From positions 15,190,001-15,254,000 of the forward strand of contig CATNEN010000001.1 in NCBI GenBank assembly GCA_950097015.1: a DNA stretch of 64,000 bases. The letters are read 5' to 3'. The number at the start of each line of letters is the position of its first letter. Position 1 is the stretch's first letter. The translations under genes and the position numbers were made by a program. The notes beneath the pieces were generated by a model. It was not told where the DNA came from. It saw only the letters and a program-made list of their open reading frames with translations, and searched no databases. The DNA comes from Macrostomum hystrix. Its lineage: Eukaryota > Animalia > Platyhelminthes. This document shows positions 63,415 to 64,000 of this stretch, piece after piece.

Positions 63415-64000
63415 GGCCATGTGACTAAGTTTTTGCTCTATTTATGACTTAGTTTGCTCTCATTTGCTCTCTTTTTCTCTCCCCTTTTTCCTTTTCTTCA
63501 CGCCTTCCTTTTTTGTCCCTTGGTCCCCCTTTGATTTTTTTGCGCTTGGTCGATTGGTTTTTGCGACTTACCTTGCTTGGCACTCGTTTCGGCCAGTTTG
63601 GCCGGGTGTTGCGCATGTATGTATGAAACTCGCAGTCTTGCAAATAATGCCTTGATGCTCTATTGAAACAAGATGGAGGTTGATTATTTTGTTTATGTCT
63701 AGGCATGTCCTATCTGCAGAAGACACAAGGCTATGATGATAGGCAACAATCCATACATGCGCAACACCCGGCCGACCCGGCCGAACTGGCCGGGTGAAAC
63801 GAGGGCCAAGCAAGGTAAGTCGCAAAAACCAATTGACCAAGCGCAAAAAAATCAAAGGGGGGACCAAGGGACAAAAAAGGAAGGCGTGAAGAAAAGGAAA
63901 AAGGGGAGAGAAAAAGAGAGCAAATGAGAGCAAACTAAGTCGTAAATAGAGCAATGAAACGAACTAAGTCTCAAATGAGAGCAAAAACTAAGTCGCACGG
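63415..64000. mobile_element. MITE/foldback with ~200-bp TIRs (63415-63621 and 63751-window end)
   Basis: Arms are reverse complements; GGCC left terminus. Confidence 0.85.

Overview
Repeat-rich eukaryotic (invertebrate animal-like) genomic DNA with spliceosomal introns, HES/WRPW, PanK and nested transposons; there is no prokaryotic content. Five blocks. (1) 1-13.2 kb: a decayed KDZ (Kyakuja-Dileera-Zisupton)-type transposase is followed by regulatory cargo-like genes (a Zn-finger/PR-Set7-like SET gene between 225-bp direct repeats, a BEND5-N-like exon, a polyQ ORF and an intronless Orange-less HES gene), ending in a TIR-like terminus at 13209. (2) 15.8-37 kb: a Gypsy 3' remnant is hit by a SINE and by an RTE LINE. 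That LINE appears split by a 14-kb stack of satellite-bearing non-autonomous Helitrons enclosing an intact divergent gene pair (3-exon RPA70-like OB-fold gene; 2-exon RGG/Zn-knuckle/polyQ gene), and is then interrupted by a second Gypsy. (3) 37.6-55.7 kb (minus strand): a complete six-exon, 375-aa, highly divergent type II pantothenate kinase-like gene that the ORF track shows only in fragments. (4) Its 14.9-kb intron 3 holds tandem Helitrons and an ~11-kb Polinton/adintovirus (PLA2X, integrase, pPolB, intact major and minor capsid genes; protease and ATPase apparently lost at a solo LTR). (5) 56-64 kb: foldback minisatellites, a BEN-like exon and a MITE. All family calls are by motif recognition from manual reading; no searches were run.
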